This document shows positions 7,230 to 7,788 of a DNA stretch of 7,788 nucleotides, piece after piece. The stretch comes from Selaginella moellendorffii (lineage: Eukaryota; Plantae; Lycopodiophyta), in the NCBI RefSeq assembly GCF_000143415.4, contig NW_003314657.1, positions 1 to 7,788 on the forward strand. The letters run 5' to 3'. Positions within the stretch are counted from its first letter, which is position 1, and each line of letters begins with the position of its first letter. The notes under the pieces are model-generated. The model was given only the letters and a program-made list of their open reading frames with translations, was not told the origin of the DNA and made no database searches. Made by a program: the position numbers and the translations under genes.

Positions 7230-7788
7230 AGTAAGGGGGAGGACTGTAGTGGAGCCAGTTTGGCCAAGAAAGGCTAGTTTGGCCCAGGAAAGCTGTACCC
7301 AAGTGTTGGGTGATGAGCTAACCACTGGGAAGTCCAAGATTAGAGTGAATATGGTCGGACAAGCGGGGTAGCTTGGTGAAGTATTCAAGAGCCAGCTCTA
7401 GTTCCCCCGGGAGATCGAATGGTCGATGCTCCCAGTCCAAGTGTGGGTGGCACTACCTACTTGGATACCTGGCATGGTTCAACGGAACCTCGCTCTAAGC
7501 CCATGGCTAGAGCACCAAAAGGCAAAAGGTGGGGAGAGTACCCATGAGGCTCACGTAAGGCCACGGTGTTCCGAAATGTTGTCCCAAAGTCCAGACAGTG
7601 AAAAGGACGAGGAGCAATCCTCTAGTGTAGTGACCAAGGATACGGTCACATGGTGAGGAAGTCCCAAAGGATAGTGGGACTTAGAGGTCGGGCCTACGGG
7701 CCTTGATCAAGTGGTAGTGTTGGCGGACACAGCCATGGACAAAAAGGGACTTGGTGTGGACGGAAAAGAGATATTGGGGAAGGCTATT
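7230..7788 (+). repeat. 5'-truncated LTR copy (homologous to 4947-5506), continues past the window end; probably begins at 7165
   Basis: AGTAAGGGGGAGGACT...GGGGAAGGCTATT is collinear with 4947-5506; about 65 differences in ~560 nt by manual count (~88%). Confidence 0.92.

Noticed and set aside
1-7788. Target-site duplication, TATA box and species/family assignment
   Set aside because: The outer element ends lie outside the window. No convincing TATA in the visible LTR (it may be in the gap). A named family cannot be supported without a database search.

Overview
Probably plant repetitive DNA, with no credible protein-coding gene. The window is a head-to-tail arrangement of a non-autonomous LTR retroelement (LARD-like, possibly Ty3/gypsy-derived) on the + strand. 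Order: LTR 3' tail (1-125), tRNA-iMet-type PBS (129-140), ~4 kb non-coding internal domain (141-4179), PPT (4180-4190), then an LTR (4192-5878, TGTGAG...CTTACA) containing an 11/12-bp minisatellite, a hexamer microsatellite and a 100-N assembly gap. A second PBS (5882-5893) follows, then a ~99% identical but truncated copy of the internal domain (5894-7164) and a 5'-truncated, ~88% identical LTR copy (7165/7230-7788). The most striking unexplained signal is that the element, both LTR and internal domain, is densely tiled with short perfect stem-loops with mostly purine-rich loops, suggesting a multi-kilobase structured non-coding retroelement RNA. Identity figures are manual counts, and the tandem architecture depends on a join across the gap.
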